A stretch of DNA of 64,000 nt from a virus: the IMG/VR virus record IMGVR_UViG_3300049491_001102, positions 32,001 to 96,000 of that record; one strand, 5' to 3'. Positions 63,526-64,000 of the stretch are shown here, one piece after another (position 1 is the stretch's first letter; each line of letters starts with the position of its first letter). A program made the translations under genes and the position numbers. Under the pieces are notes generated by a model. That model saw nothing but the letters and a program-made list of their open reading frames with translations. It was not told where the DNA came from and did no database searches.

Positions 63526-64000
63526 ATGGAGAGCACAAGGACAATAAAGGTCGTTGAGCACCGTGTCGTTAAAAGGCAAGGATACCGCCCAAAATCGACA
63601 ATAACGCGATCGTACGCAGTTGATCCTGACACGGGAATGACGACCCCATTAGGGGCAGACCCTACCCGCGAACTCAACGGCCTGGGTGTGGGGACTACTT
63701 CATGTTCCACTGCCAAAATTGTTCCACCTGGAACGATAATTCTGCAGGAGAAGTTTACAGGGGAGCTACAGCGCCCACAACGTGTAGATTACAGCTTACA
63801 CGTTTCTGATGGCAGTACGTTCCGGTTTATTGATTACCCAGATGAGTGCGACCCATCCAGTTTACATGTGGTACATCAAGGATTGCACCTATATTTCACG
63901 GTCGGACCATGCACGGCTGATGTCCGAATCAAGCGCATGGCGAAGAAAAACGGGTTCACTGTGTTTGTGGACCATACTATTGGAAGCGAATACGAGCACA
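63526..64000 (+). CDS. Hypothetical protein, partial (runs off the window)
   Basis: Own translation MESTRTIKVVEHRVVKRQGY... open to the window end; TATAAT at 63512..63517. Confidence 0.6.
   Translation, partial: MESTRTIKVVEHRVVKRQGYRPKSTITRSYAVDPDTGMTTPLGADPTRELNGLGVGTTSCSTAKIVPPGTIILQEKFTGELQRPQRVDYSLHVSDGSTFRFIDYPDECDPSSLHVVHQGLHLYFTVGPCTADVRIKRMAKKNGFTVFVDHTIGSEYEH

Larger units (their letters stand above)
1..64000. mobile_element. Segment of a large contractile-tailed bacteriophage genome
   Basis: Terminase, portal, protease, capsid, sheath, tube, tape measure and baseplate genes in one co-oriented block, flanked by phage-type nucleotide metabolism and many small ORFs; no host housekeeping genes. 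Confidence 0.95.

Noticed and set aside
1-64000. Stop-codon reassignment (alternative genetic code)
   Set aside because: Conserved genes are full length in code 11 and end at expected positions with TAG (MCP, tube), TGA (terL) and TAA (sheath); the in-frame TGA at 48843 is an isolated case
1-64000. CRISPR array
   Set aside because: No regularly spaced 25-45-nt direct repeats were noticed by eye; a tool scan was not possible

Overview
This window is a gene-dense 64-kb segment of a large tailed dsDNA phage with a contractile tail (myovirus-type Caudoviricetes). No host housekeeping genes and no integrase are visible. About 14.9-60.4 kb (minus strand) is an essentially complete virion operon: intein-containing large terminase, free-standing HNH endonuclease, portal, MuF/gp7, XkdF-type prohead protease, major capsid, head-tail joining proteins, sheath, tube, tail chaperone, tape measure, hub, spike, gp25, baseplate J, a 1577-aa beta-helix tail fibre, further baseplate/fibre proteins and a holin candidate. 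The flanks carry early/middle genes: partial SF2 helicase, sigma-like factor, MoxR AAA+ with a peptidase-vWA partner, GH25 endolysin, a lipoprotein, dTMP kinase, RuvC-like resolvase, Dam-like methylase, ThyX and a very acidic small protein. Most notable observations: (1) a putative XRE-controlled anti-defence module at 13.1-14.9 kb with twin palindromic operators and an Acb2/Tad1-like sponge gene bracketed by 11-bp direct repeats and complementary UTRs; (2) a tRNA-shaped RNA whose anticodon loop is replaced by a long hairpin with a 21-nt loop; (3) one domain nested inside copies of itself 1x, 2x and 3x in three virion proteins; (4) a class-3-type intein with a degenerate LAGLIDADG next to an HNH gene; (5) a perfect -1 slippery site in the tail chaperone; (6) a prohead protease split across an in-frame TGA; (7) recurrent leaderless promoter architecture. 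All family assignments are from motif recognition by eye, without database searches. A Myxococcota-like Gram-negative host is only an inference.
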